A stretch of DNA of 64,000 nucleotides from a virus (IMGVR_UViG_3300036398_002819:5067-69066), one strand, 5' to 3'. Shown: positions 1 through 9,210, numbered from the stretch's first letter. Made by a program: numbers and translations. Notes: generated by a model from the sequence alone, not told the origin.

Positions 1-544
1 GTTCATTAGAAGATGCTAAAAGGGCAAGGAGTTTTCCACCAAGGTAATTGTAACCAAATGGTTGTACTGGAACAATATTAAATCCCATTACAAACTCATT
101 ATTGATCTTTGATAAAGGTAAAACCTCACCAAAATAATCATTTCTAGGTTTTGAATTGATCGTTGGAGATCCAAACCTAACTACACCAATAATTTTATTT
201 GTGGTGTCCTCTGTGACAATCCATTTAATAGTTCTTCCTGGAATTGCTTCCTCAATTGGATTAGATGCAGTTATATTCAAAATTTCAGCATACAACTCCT
301 GATTATACTTTGATTTCGGTTTAGAACTGGTATCAACCTCATGAATTGTAAATGACATATCATTTGGACTGATACTAAAGTCAGAAAACATTTCATCCTC
401 TGGACCGAATAATTTACCAGAAGAATTGGAGATTCTACTTTGTTTTACAAATCTAAGATAATCATCAATACGATTGAATTTAGAATAATACTCAATAAAT
501 TGATCTGCTGCCCAAATTGCATCTTTTGCGGATAATAAACTCAT
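1..544 (-). CDS. DUF4338 / DruA-like conserved phage protein (3'-truncated by window edge)
   Basis: Hand translation from ATG at 544 (ATGA overlap with upstream stop): MSLLSAKDAIWAADQFIEYYSKFNRIDDY...IPGRTIKWIVTEDTTNKIIGVVRFGSP...VPVQPFGYNYLGGKLLALLASS. The PGR..+..D......+G and P.PF...LGGKL+AL motifs resemble DUF4338. Confidence 0.6.
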   Translation of the reverse strand, partial: MSLLSAKDAIWAADQFIEYYSKFNRIDDYLRFVKQSRISNSSGKLFGPEDEMFSDFSISPNDMSFTIHEVDTSSKPKSKYNQELYAEILNITASNPIEEAIPGRTIKWIVTEDTTNKIIGVVRFGSPTINSKPRNDYFGEVLPLSKINNEFVMGFNIVPVQPFGYNYLGGKLLALLASSNE

Positions 545-1131
545 ACAACTAAAAACTGCGTTTCATATTCAATAAGTTCTTTTGGAGTTTCAATATAATT
601 GTTAGAAGATTTCATATCTTTCATATACCATTTTGCACCCTGCGCCTTTTCCAATAACTGAATATTTAAATGTTGATATTTTCTATCAGTATGAGCATAA
701 ATCTTAAAATCATTGTCCCTATTTGAAGTTAAGAATGAAAGACTTCTATTTTCTTCTGGAGTAACAATGATAGTAGTACATGCCATAATGAATAATTCAC
801 GATAAAGATCATAATCATTCAGATACTTATCAGAATTATCCATAATCATTCTACCAATAAATTGAGGAGAATAACAATGATCTTTACAAAGAGCCCATTC
901 AGGTTCTTGTTTTTTCTTCTCTACTGCTCCAACACTAATTAAACCAGAAGGAACTGAAAGAGAATGTACTGTATTATAGAATGAATGAGTGATTGCGCGA
1001 ACTGTATCCTTACAATTTCTGTTAGTAAACCACTCATCAACATTTGCTTTCAAACCATTGAAAGCAATCCTACAATAGGTTTCAACACGATACTTTTGCT
1101 TTGGTTGGAGTTTAGAAAAATTAGAATTCAT
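541..1131 (-). CDS. Hypothetical protein, possible HNH-like (beta-beta-alpha-Me) nuclease
   Basis: ORF track 541..1161; ATG at 1131 gives a smaller overlap with the upstream gene. Motif DHCYSP...IIVTPEEN resembles the DH++P...++T..EN core of His-Me nucleases. Confidence 0.4.
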   Translation of the reverse strand: MNSNFSKLQPKQKYRVETYCRIAFNGLKANVDEWFTNRNCKDTVRAITHSFYNTVHSLSVPSGLISVGAVEKKKQEPEWALCKDHCYSPQFIGRMIMDNSDKYLNDYDLYRELFIMACTTIIVTPEENRSLSFLTSNRDNDFKIYAHTDRKYQHLNIQLLEKAQGAKWYMKDMKSSNNYIETPKELIEYETQFLVV

Positions 1132-1327
1132 AATCAGGTTTGTTGTACTTAAGGTACTCAAAAAAGGTAAGTTTCATTTCTTTCTGCGTCATACCACAAT
1201 GTTTTGCGGCGGCAGGAAGAGTCATTTTAGCACGAAAGAGACCTTCATTTGCCTCTTTAACATTTTCAGGAGTTGTTTTAACTGGATTCTCCTTTAAACA
1301 TTTATAATCAATTTTATAAGGGTTCAT
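1121..1327 (-). CDS. Small conserved phage protein, possible HTH
   Basis: 68-aa ORF coupled to gp44 by ATGA overlap; MTLPAAAKHCGMTQKEMK looks like a helix-turn-helix. Confidence 0.6.
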   Translation of the reverse strand: MNPYKIDYKCLKENPVKTTPENVKEANEGLFRAKMTLPAAAKHCGMTQKEMKLTFFEYLKYNKPDYEF

Positions 1328-2268
1328 CGAAATTCACACTCGCACATAATTTCAGTAAGAGCAGCAAGAAGATTTATTTCCTGGTCAGCAACGAACGCAC
1401 ATTGGTATTGATACTTAGCAATAACAAGAACGGCAGCAGGAATAGTTGCGGGTGTAAGGCAATCATAAGCGGCGTCATAAATCCTGCGAAGTAGAACAGG
1501 AGCATCGTTGTCAAGGTTGGAGACCACCCACTTACGAACTTCTGTGAAGTTTTTGTCTTTAAGGGATTTGATAAGTTCATTTACAGATACATCGGAAAAA
1601 GTTGCAAGAATACCAGAGTCAATTTTACCACTAGTAGAGTAACGTTGAATCTCATTTAGAACTCTTCTGAAATCAGGGAAATGTTTTGATACCAATTCGA
1701 CAACGACTTTTTGATCGTACTCAATCTTTTCTGCATCCAAGATTTGTTGGAGTCTTTTGAAGAAACTTCCTGCAAGTTGGACTTTTTGTTTCCCTTTGAT
1801 TGTGAAGTCAATGACTGCACATCGGGAATGAAGAGGTTCAATAATTTTGTTCTTGTAGTTACATGTGAAGATGAATCGGCAGTTGCTATAAAATGCCTCA
1901 ATATTCGCCCGTAGTAGGAGTTGAACGTCGTTGCCTGTGTTATCTGCCTCATCGATAATGATGACTTTGTGTTTAGAAGATCCCGTAAGTGAGACGGTCG
2001 AAGCAAAGTTCTTTGCTTGGTTCCGTACAGTATCCAGGAAACGTCCCTCGTCGGATCCGTTGATGACATAATAATCTGCCCCCAATTCATTACATAGTGC
2101 TTTAGCAATAGTTGTCTTACCAATACCAGGAGGTCCTGCAAGAAGAAGATTTGGAATCTCACCCTTCTCTACAAACTCCTTGAATGTTTTTTTAGTTTCA
2201 TCAGGAAGAATACAATCCTCGATCACTTGAGGACGGTACTTCTCCACAAAAAGAAATTCACTTGCCAC
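1324..2268 (-). CDS. gp44: Clamp loader large subunit (T4 gp44)
   Basis: FVEKYRP, Walker A GPPGIGKTT, IIIDEAD Walker B, PLHSRC sensor; GTG start at 2268 preferred. Confidence 0.97.
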   Translation of the reverse strand: MASEFLFVEKYRPQVIEDCILPDETKKTFKEFVEKGEIPNLLLAGPPGIGKTTIAKALCNELGADYYVINGSDEGRFLDTVRNQAKNFASTVSLTGSSKHKVIIIDEADNTGNDVQLLLRANIEAFYSNCRFIFTCNYKNKIIEPLHSRCAVIDFTIKGKQKVQLAGSFFKRLQQILDAEKIEYDQKVVVELVSKHFPDFRRVLNEIQRYSTSGKIDSGILATFSDVSVNELIKSLKDKNFTEVRKWVVSNLDNDAPVLLRRIYDAAYDCLTPATIPAAVLVIAKYQYQCAFVADQEINLLAALTEIMCECEFR

Positions 2269-2434
2269 TTTTCTTACTCCACTCACTTTTGATATTCCAT
2301 TCTGGTCTAATATAGGAATAGTTTAGATAATCCCAAAATATACCACAATAATCTTCAAAGTCCCATTCAGAGTCAGTTCCATCATAACTCATCAGTTGTT
2401 TCCATAATCCATAACATACTCCAAAAAGTTTCAT
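2258..2434 (-). CDS. Small hypothetical protein (58 aa, not in ORF track)
   Basis: Hand translation MKLFGVCYGLWKQLMSYDGTDSEWDFEDYCGIFWDYLNYSYIRPEWNIKSEWSKKSGK*; fills the gap between the denV-like gene and gp44. Confidence 0.6.
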   Translation of the reverse strand: MKLFGVCYGLWKQLMSYDGTDSEWDFEDYCGIFWDYLNYSYIRPEWNIKSEWSKKSGK

Positions 2435-2437
2435 AAT

Positions 2438-2950
2438 TTAGACCCAATTAGGTTTGCGTTGTGGCATACGAAGATAGTTGTCAGACACCCAAGGTTTGGA
2501 TGCGATGTACCTCTTGTATGCTTCAAATGTATCAATAGTGTCGTCAAACTTCCATTCCTCAGGCATAGCACGAGCAAATGGAGTCACTTCTGTAATCTTA
2601 CCCTTTGGAAACAAATAGTATGCATCCACAAGGGTCTTATAACATGAGTGAGTTTTATTATACCGCAGACAGTATTCATCTGACAAGTTTAGTCCCCACT
2701 TAATTAACCAGTAGGCATTATGGATGCTCTCCAGTGCCCACTTGGTGCAAGGATGATTGCGGAATGCTCCTTTCTCGGTCTTGTATGGGGTTCCATCTGC
2801 CTTAGGAAGAGTACCGTACCCATGCCCCCACTTGTCAGAGGCAACAATAGAGAGCATTTGACAGCACTCTAGGGGCATCTTGACAATATGCTTGTCGGGC
2901 AGGCAAATGGCGCTCTCAGCAGGCCAGGGAGAAGTTACGAAGATGTTCAT
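2438..2950 (-). CDS. Pyrimidine-dimer DNA glycosylase / endonuclease V-like protein
   Basis: MNIFVTSPWPAESAICLPDKHIVKMPLECCQMLS and NHPCTKW, typical of the Pyr_excise (DenV-related) family in large phages. Confidence 0.8.
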   Translation of the reverse strand: MNIFVTSPWPAESAICLPDKHIVKMPLECCQMLSIVASDKWGHGYGTLPKADGTPYKTEKGAFRNHPCTKWALESIHNAYWLIKWGLNLSDEYCLRYNKTHSCYKTLVDAYYLFPKGKITEVTPFARAMPEEWKFDDTIDTFEAYKRYIASKPWVSDNYLRMPQRKPNWV

Positions 2951-3381
2951 TAGAAGCAATACTTTTGAACTACATATCTTACTTTATCGGGTTTAGTTTC
3001 CATCCAAAATGCTTCTCTTTCCATATTAACAATAGAGGAACCAAAGTTCTTTACTGAAATCTTTAAATCTTTTTCCAAATTTTCAGAAAGACTCATTATA
3101 GATGGAGAAATTCCTAATGCTTTAATTTCTCTCATATTTTGTTTACATGCCTGAGCAACATGAACAGATTCGTGAAATAAAACCATATTAAAATTGTAAT
3201 GAGGATTTGGTTTTGAAAGAATCCTATCAGTACAAAATATTATAGTTTTTGATCGATTGTCATACCAACCAAATATGTCATGTTTTTTACATATTGGTGC
3301 ATTTTCAACTGCCCGAATTTTTTTGGAGATCATGTTATAGATCTCCATTCCTTGGGGAGAAAGATAAAGAAGAAAATCCAT
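2950..3381 (-). CDS. Small zincin-like metallopeptidase
   Basis: HExxH motif VLFHESVHVAQ with a downstream MEREA third-ligand glutamate. Confidence 0.6.
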   Translation of the reverse strand: MDFLLYLSPQGMEIYNMISKKIRAVENAPICKKHDIFGWYDNRSKTIIFCTDRILSKPNPHYNFNMVLFHESVHVAQACKQNMREIKALGISPSIMSLSENLEKDLKISVKNFGSSIVNMEREAFWMETKPDKVRYVVQKYCF

Positions 3382-4046
3382 CAGTTAAAGGAAGAGTCTG
3401 GTTCCAAGGCAATATAATACTTCAGATTGTACTTGGAATTCGTGAACTGTGACAGTAATTTTTCTGACACAACCACATCATAGGATCCAGGAATGATCTT
3501 AATGTTTTCAACTTTAAAGTTGAACGTAAATTCAGAATCAGTTTCACCAACAACAATAGCATATTCATTAGAAGTGTCATTTTTCTTATCGCGTACCACC
3601 AATTTAATAACACCCGCTTCACCGATAGCAGAGAGATCAGGGAGTTGATAAACTGCTGCAGCCTTCACCAGTTTTTCCAAAGAAGTGCTATCCAACTGAA
3701 AACAAACATCTTTAGAAGGAAGATTGATCTCTTTCTCTGGAGGAGAAATAATCACATTAGGATCTGCAAAGAAATACTTTACACGTCGCTTACCTTCTTT
3801 GATACTTAGATAAGAATCTTCTTTAAAATCCAAATCAGGATCATTATGAAGACTCAGACCATTTAGAAATTGATTCAGATCATAAATGGCAAAATCACGA
3901 GGAAACTCTTCAGTAATATCTGCCTCTGCCAGAATGTTTTTTGCGACAGAAATAGTGCGAAGTTTGTTTCCTTTCTTTACAAGAATAGAGTTGTTAATAC
4001 CAGCAAAATTCTTAAGAACAGTCAAAGTGTTATCAGAGAGTTTCAT
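3381..4046 (-). CDS. gp45: DNA polymerase sliding clamp (T4 gp45)
   Basis: MKLSDNTLTVLKNFAGINNSI, FAIYDLNQFL, C-terminal YYIALE. Confidence 0.97.
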   Translation of the reverse strand: MKLSDNTLTVLKNFAGINNSILVKKGNKLRTISVAKNILAEADITEEFPRDFAIYDLNQFLNGLSLHNDPDLDFKEDSYLSIKEGKRRVKYFFADPNVIISPPEKEINLPSKDVCFQLDSTSLEKLVKAAAVYQLPDLSAIGEAGVIKLVVRDKKNDTSNEYAIVVGETDSEFTFNFKVENIKIIPGSYDVVVSEKLLSQFTNSKYNLKYYIALEPDSSFN

Positions 4047-4063
4047 AGTTTTATTTTGAAGTT

Positions 4064-4552
4064 TCACTTGTTTTCAATAAGATTAAGATGATTGATCAGG
4101 AGAATAGTGTAATGCAAAACCTTGAAAAGATCTGCACGAGGAGTTCCTTTAGTATCATATCGATCAATATATTTGGTCACATTACCAGCACAGAAACCTT
4201 CTCGACGATTATGCTTGATTTTATCTAGAGTTTGTTCTTTGCCACCTCCAGTGCGATCAACATAATGTTGTCGATAAGTACTTGCAATATATTCTTCTAG
4301 TTGCTTAAGAATTTTATCTTCGTTATATTTCCAAAAACCGTTTTTGTTTGTATCTTCAGTCATGTTCAAATTAAAAGTAATAGTATCAGGGGAAGTGTAG
4401 GGATTTTTAATCAAACCAATTCCATCATATTTCCAGTAATCTTGCGCCTCTGAAAATGAAATGGTATCAGTTCCAGATCCACCAAAAATTGTGGAAGATT
4501 GAGATGTTTTTGGGATTGAACTTTCGTAAGTGCTCTCAAAGTTTTCAGACAT
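4064..4552 (-). CDS. DUF3310-like (T7 gp1.7 nucleotide kinase-like) protein
   Basis: TYRQHY...GFCAGNVTKYIDRYDTKG...DLFKVLHY matches the HY..GF..GN..KY..R...K...DL.K...Y family pattern. Confidence 0.7.
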   Translation of the reverse strand: MSENFESTYESSIPKTSQSSTIFGGSGTDTISFSEAQDYWKYDGIGLIKNPYTSPDTITFNLNMTEDTNKNGFWKYNEDKILKQLEEYIASTYRQHYVDRTGGGKEQTLDKIKHNRREGFCAGNVTKYIDRYDTKGTPRADLFKVLHYTILLINHLNLIENK

Positions 4553-4601
4553 TTTGTTTCATAGTAAAAGGACAAAAGAGGAGGTACATTAACCTCTTTA
4601 T

Positions 4602-4630
4602 ATTCTATCAGTTTGCTTGCTGCTCGTCAA
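4602..4630 (-). promoter_or_regulatory. Sigma70-type promoter
   Basis: Minus strand TTGACG-17 nt-TAGAAT with an extended TG, overlapping the end of cobS, upstream of the DUF3310/gp45 genes. Confidence 0.65.
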
Positions 4631-5735
4631 GGTCGTAAGTTACATGCTCACCTTCAGGCATTTTGAAATCCACATCAATTTTATCGTAGAGTTCCATAAA
4701 TGCTTGCTTGGTCTCATCATCAAACCGATTAATACAAACTTGAAGTGCTTTTGCTTTATCCTTGAAGATACTATAGGCGCGGATAATATGCACCAGGCGG
4801 CGGGTACTGATGATTTCCTCAATACCACCATCATAGAACGTCTTACGGATCACATCAGACCAATCGCAAAGACGTTTGCAGAAATCGCGGTCTTCCACAC
4901 CCAAGTCCAGAGCAACCCCCTCAAGGATCTTCTGCTCAGTGGCAGGAGCAGGATAGGACTGCTCAAAGGTCACAGGGAAACGCTCAAGGAATGCCTCATT
5001 GAGCACGTTGGTGCCGATGAAGCGCCCATCATCACTACCCTTACCTTTGGTGTTGGCAGTGGCGAATACATTGAATCCAGCAGAGGGTTTTACATAACGA
5101 CCAATCTTTTTCAAGAAGACACCTTTACCTTCCAGAACAGATTGCAGACACAGAATCTTGTTGGAAGCAAGGTCAATCTCATCCAAAAGGAGAATAGCAC
5201 CACGCTCAAGTGCCTCAACCACAGGACCATTATGCCAAACAGTAGCACCATCTACAAGACGGAAACCACCGATAAGATCGTCTTCATCAGTTTCAATAGT
5301 AATGTTTACACGAATCAGTTCACGCTTAAGTTGAGCACACGCTTGCTCCACACTGAACGTTTTACCATTACCCGAAAGACCCGTAATGAATGTCGGATAA
5401 AAAAGATTGGACTGAATAATTTTTTTAATATCGTTAAAGTTACCAAACTTGACGAAGGTATCATCTTTATCGGGAATGAGGTTTTGTTCTACTACAGGAA
5501 GAACTGAAGGTGCTTGATAAGAACGCTCAATTTCTTCAACACGCTCTTGAGTCACTTCAAGATTCCAACGACCACGATCAGTTTTAAACTTCTCAAGGCG
5601 ACTAGTAACAGTGGGATAAGAAATGCCCTTAGAAGCACAATAACCACGAACATCACCAGCAGAGAACTCTGTACCAAACAGAGATTTAAGATCGGAGATG
5701 AGTTGTTCGTCAGTCACAGAAATTTTACGAGGCAT
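4608..5735 (-). CDS. cobS: CobS/MoxR-family AAA+ ATPase
   Basis: GLSGNGKT Walker A, LLLDEID Walker B, ATANTKGKG, NEAFLERF; typical cyanomyophage cobS. Confidence 0.9.
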   Translation of the reverse strand: MPRKISVTDEQLISDLKSLFGTEFSAGDVRGYCASKGISYPTVTSRLEKFKTDRGRWNLEVTQERVEEIERSYQAPSVLPVVEQNLIPDKDDTFVKFGNFNDIKKIIQSNLFYPTFITGLSGNGKTFSVEQACAQLKRELIRVNITIETDEDDLIGGFRLVDGATVWHNGPVVEALERGAILLLDEIDLASNKILCLQSVLEGKGVFLKKIGRYVKPSAGFNVFATANTKGKGSDDGRFIGTNVLNEAFLERFPVTFEQSYPAPATEQKILEGVALDLGVEDRDFCKRLCDWSDVIRKTFYDGGIEEIISTRRLVHIIRAYSIFKDKAKALQVCINRFDDETKQAFMELYDKIDVDFKMPEGEHVTYDLDEQQAN

Positions 5736-5769
5736 GATGTAGTTAGGTGGTTTTGTTTTGAACTCTCAT

Positions 5770-5827
5770 ATTATACTCACAAAAAAGGGGCAGGTAAGTG
5801 CCCCTTGTGACGGTTTGGAAAGTGGAC
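5770..5827 (-). promoter_or_regulatory. Box + terminator hairpin + TATAAT promoter cassette upstream of cobS
   Basis: Minus strand gtccactttccaaaccgtcac-aaggggca cttacc tgcccctttttt-gtgagTATAAT. Confidence 0.65.
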
Positions 5828-6856
5828 TCAACGCCCAAAATTAGGTCCAGGATTTCTATTTTTATTCTCAAGATTTTTAGCACCTTGTTGCATAACCTGA
5901 GAACGGGTTTTACCTCCTCTTTCTGCTGCTGCTCCACCACCAGCCCCATAAGTTGTCAATCTGCCACTGTCATTTGTACTTGCTGGTTTAGCAAATGGTG
6001 AAGAAACGGTTGGACCTGGTTTTGGTGTTGGTTTTGAAGATTGCATCTGTGCTGCTCTACTTGCACGAGCTTTGTCTCTTAAACCACCAAACCACTCTCC
6101 TGGTGCTTCAACGATACTCTGCTTCCACTCTTCACTCATATTTGCCATAATAGCAAGTGCTGCCTGATTAGTATCGGCATAACCTTCGGCAACCAGATAC
6201 TCAAGAATAACATCAAAGTTATCAAATTCTTCATTAGCAAGAGACTTTAATCCATGCTTCTTAACATGCTCACCTGCACGACGACCTGCTTCGTGAGTTA
6301 CTGCTGCTGCCTTTGCAACTGTTTTACCAGTTTCTCTGGCAAGTTCCATTGCTTTACGATGACGCTCCATACCAGCAAGAACTTGTCTTGCGATCGCATC
6401 ACGAATTGGTCTTTTCTTTGGTTGTTGTGCCTTTGCTTCAGTATCAGCACCTTTTGATTCTGGTTCTTTTTTCTCAGTTTCAGTTCTTTCTTGTGCTGCT
6501 TCAGATGCTTTCTTTTTTGCCGCTTTCTTTGCTGCTTCTTTTCTATCAATTTCTGCTTTTACTTCTTCATAAGACTTTCCACCAGTTCTTTTCTTCGCTG
6601 CTCTTGCTTCAGTAAGAACTGTAAGATCTTCAGAAAGACTATAAACAAATTCAACAAAATTATCAAGACCAACCTTTTCAATCAGAATATCAATACCATC
6701 TTCATTGAGTCCATAAGTGTAAAAGTATTCGGTTGCAACTTCTACAATGTCCTCATCGAAGACAGTATTATTATACTCTTCTGCTTGCTCTCTAAGATTT
6801 TCATCATAAACCGCATGATAAAGAAGTCTTAAATCGGATACTTGTTGCGTATTCAT
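5828..6856 (-). CDS. Late, probably head-internal protein
   Basis: ATG at 6856 after a TAATAAATA late promoter; charged low-complexity segments; EYLVAEGYA...AIMANMSEEWKQSIVE module shared with 9267..9848. Confidence 0.7.
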   Translation of the reverse strand: MNTQQVSDLRLLYHAVYDENLREQAEEYNNTVFDEDIVEVATEYFYTYGLNEDGIDILIEKVGLDNFVEFVYSLSEDLTVLTEARAAKKRTGGKSYEEVKAEIDRKEAAKKAAKKKASEAAQERTETEKKEPESKGADTEAKAQQPKKRPIRDAIARQVLAGMERHRKAMELARETGKTVAKAAAVTHEAGRRAGEHVKKHGLKSLANEEFDNFDVILEYLVAEGYADTNQAALAIMANMSEEWKQSIVEAPGEWFGGLRDKARASRAAQMQSSKPTPKPGPTVSSPFAKPASTNDSGRLTTYGAGGGAAAERGGKTRSQVMQQGAKNLENKNRNPGPNFGR

Positions 6857-6878
6857 TTTTTTTCTTTTTATTATAATT

Positions 6879-7025
6879 TTATTTATTATCTTTACCTTTC
6901 TTCCGCTTACCAATATCTACGACTTTATCAGGATTAACATCTACTTTTTTTTCTTTAACAACTGGTTCTGGTTTTGGTTGAAATAAGTCGGTGAATCTAC
7001 TCATTGGATAATTGATCGAATTCAT
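6879..7025 (-). CDS. Small Lys-rich hypothetical protein (41-48 aa, not in ORF track)
   Basis: (MNSINYP)MSRFTDLFQPKPEPVVKEKKVDVNPDKVVDIGKRKKGKDNK*; preceded by a GATAAATA late-promoter motif. Confidence 0.55.
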   Translation of the reverse strand: MNSINYPMSRFTDLFQPKPEPVVKEKKVDVNPDKVVDIGKRKKGKDNK

Positions 7026-7038
7026 TAAAAATTATTTA

Positions 7039-9189
7039 TCATGCGACCAACTTTATAAATTCACCCAAAATTTTCTTATTCATTTTTTTAGTTTTAAGAC
7101 TCTTAGCAAAGGCAGATTTAATCTGTGCTTTTGTAGCATCCTCTGCAACAGAGAATTCAGATTCCTGTGAAAGAGAATTTGCAGAAAGACCAAAATAAGA
7201 ATGATATCCAGACTTCTTGATGGTAAATGCCTTCTCTTTTTTCCAAGAATTCATCACTTTATCATATTCATCACCATAATATCCATAGTAACGGCGAATA
7301 AAGTATCCAGCATCACGAGACTCAAGAACACGAATACCAATAAAGTTGATGTCAGTAAACTTATCCCTCAAATTACGAAGAAGAACATCAGTAAAATCAT
7401 GATATTCCCCATCACAAGAGTAAGTCATTCCAGTCTTACGATCCCGAATAAAGGCATTTTGTCCAATATGTGCAGTTCCCATATAAGGTTCTTCTTCCCA
7501 TCGGCGTTGAACTTCATGATGATATCTAAGAAGGCATCCCTCACCATCAGTTAAAACAACACACTGAACCTTTTGAAGTTTGTTTTCTTTCTGAAATTTA
7601 GGAAGAATTTGATGCAGAGCAATCAGCGATTCATTCAAGGGAGTTCCAGAAAGAGTCAAACCTGGAGGAGTGCTGTAATAACAGTGGGAATTATAAGCAA
7701 AAGAAACTGCAAGACGAAATACATTTTTCATTTGCTCTTCAAGAGTTTTGCCATTCACTTTACTAGTAAGAAGGTTCATCAAAGAGAACCATTCACCAAC
7801 CTGAATAAGTCCATCTTTCTTTTCGTAAGAAAGTTGACGCATATTTGCTTTACCATTCTCATCATACTTCACTAAAGGATAATCAGAAGTAAAGGCATAA
7901 ACCTCAAAAGGAATAGAAACCTTTTTACAAAACCACACAAGATTAAAAAGTTGCTTGATGGTATCTTCCATCACATTTGACATAGATCCAGACCAATCAA
8001 GAATAAAAACCAGTCCATGGTTTTTGCCATCAGAAAGTGTAGTTACTTTCTTAAACAAATCTTCATTATATTTGTAGGTATGAAGTTTAGAGCAGTCGAG
8101 AACGCCAGTGCGAGAAGTTGTAGCACGAGCATAAGAATCTGCTGCCTTACGACATTCAAACTCTTTCACAAGATAGTTGACTTCCTTTTGAGCAGAACGC
8201 TTAAACTCGGCAAACTTTTTATCAACTGCAGCAAAAATATCCTCATATTTCCATCCTTGTTCCTCAACATAATTTTTCCAATATTGCTTGCAATTAGAAT
8301 GAATTTCTTCATTTGGGACAATGACTTTATTCAGGTCAAGTTGAGGCAATTCAAGATAGACATTCTCATATCCATCGTGATTGACAAGTTCTTTCAGTGC
8401 TTCTTCCAGAGAGTCCATCGTTTTGACTTCAGGTTCTTCATCCTTCTCGACACCCTCATTTGTGGGTTGTTGTTGCTGTTGAGAATTCTCATCAGAAGAA
8501 GGAGCACCATCAGAAGATTCGGACTCAGGTTGGTCGTTTTCACCCTCCTGCTGATCAGAAAAATCAGAGGCAGGTTGCTGACTCGCACCACTATCCTGAG
8601 ACTCCAGATTATCCATAGGAGTCTTGGTTTCTTCCTGTTGCTTTTGCTTACAATACTTGTAGAGTGCCTCTGCTGCAATTAGAACATCGGCAAAGGTCTC
8701 AGTATCGGCAATCAGATTGATGATTTCAGTCTCTTCACCACGCTCAATCGGCACATCAACATAGTTACCAATCTTGAACCACAGGTTTGCACGGTCAGCA
8801 AGGTTATAAGTTTCTACATTATCATCTTTGATTTGAAAGAAGTCATCATCGGCAAGTTCCTTGTAACCGTTATAGAAGGTCTTGGCGAGACCAGCATAAC
8901 GACGCTTCATCAGTTTCTCAATGCGAGCATCCTCCACCACATTCACAAACTGTGGAGGAATCTTGTGTTCCTTCAACCAATCCTCATCAGGAGTATAAAG
9001 TGCGTGACCCACCTCGTGACCCACCAGAAGGTCATAGACGGTGTTGCTTGCCTTCTCCCACATCGGCAGAGTCAGCACACGAGTATGAACATTGAAGCAG
9101 GCAGTCTCTACTTTCTTGTGCTCAACCACAAGGTCTTCGGTAGCAAGAAGTTTGGCGAGTTGAGACTTGATTTCGTGGCGGACAGTCAT
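7039..9189 (-). CDS. Metallopeptidase-like + vWA domain protein (CobT-like partner of CobS)
   Basis: N-terminal LLVGHEVGHALYT (HExxH) and NVVEDARIE; acidic linker; MIDAS motifs FILDWSGSM, GTPL, VLTDGE; start MTVRHEIK at 9189. Confidence 0.85.
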   Translation of the reverse strand: MTVRHEIKSQLAKLLATEDLVVEHKKVETACFNVHTRVLTLPMWEKASNTVYDLLVGHEVGHALYTPDEDWLKEHKIPPQFVNVVEDARIEKLMKRRYAGLAKTFYNGYKELADDDFFQIKDDNVETYNLADRANLWFKIGNYVDVPIERGEETEIINLIADTETFADVLIAAEALYKYCKQKQQEETKTPMDNLESQDSGASQQPASDFSDQQEGENDQPESESSDGAPSSDENSQQQQQPTNEGVEKDEEPEVKTMDSLEEALKELVNHDGYENVYLELPQLDLNKVIVPNEEIHSNCKQYWKNYVEEQGWKYEDIFAAVDKKFAEFKRSAQKEVNYLVKEFECRKAADSYARATTSRTGVLDCSKLHTYKYNEDLFKKVTTLSDGKNHGLVFILDWSGSMSNVMEDTIKQLFNLVWFCKKVSIPFEVYAFTSDYPLVKYDENGKANMRQLSYEKKDGLIQVGEWFSLMNLLTSKVNGKTLEEQMKNVFRLAVSFAYNSHCYYSTPPGLTLSGTPLNESLIALHQILPKFQKENKLQKVQCVVLTDGEGCLLRYHHEVQRRWEEEPYMGTAHIGQNAFIRDRKTGMTYSCDGEYHDFTDVLLRNLRDKFTDINFIGIRVLESRDAGYFIRRYYGYYGDEYDKVMNSWKKEKAFTIKKSGYHSYFGLSANSLSQESEFSVAEDATKAQIKSAFAKSLKTKKMNKKILGEFIKLVA

Positions 9190-9210
9190 AGATTTGTTGC
9201 GTATGAAGTC

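Noticed and set aside
4617-5507. 296-aa plus-strand ORF
   Set aside because: Antisense shadow of cobS; no recognisable motifs; explained by the sense-strand codon bias.
4608-5735. Cobalamin-biosynthesis auxiliary gene interpretation of cobS
   Set aside because: No other cob genes are present; better explained as a MoxR/vWA chaperone pair.
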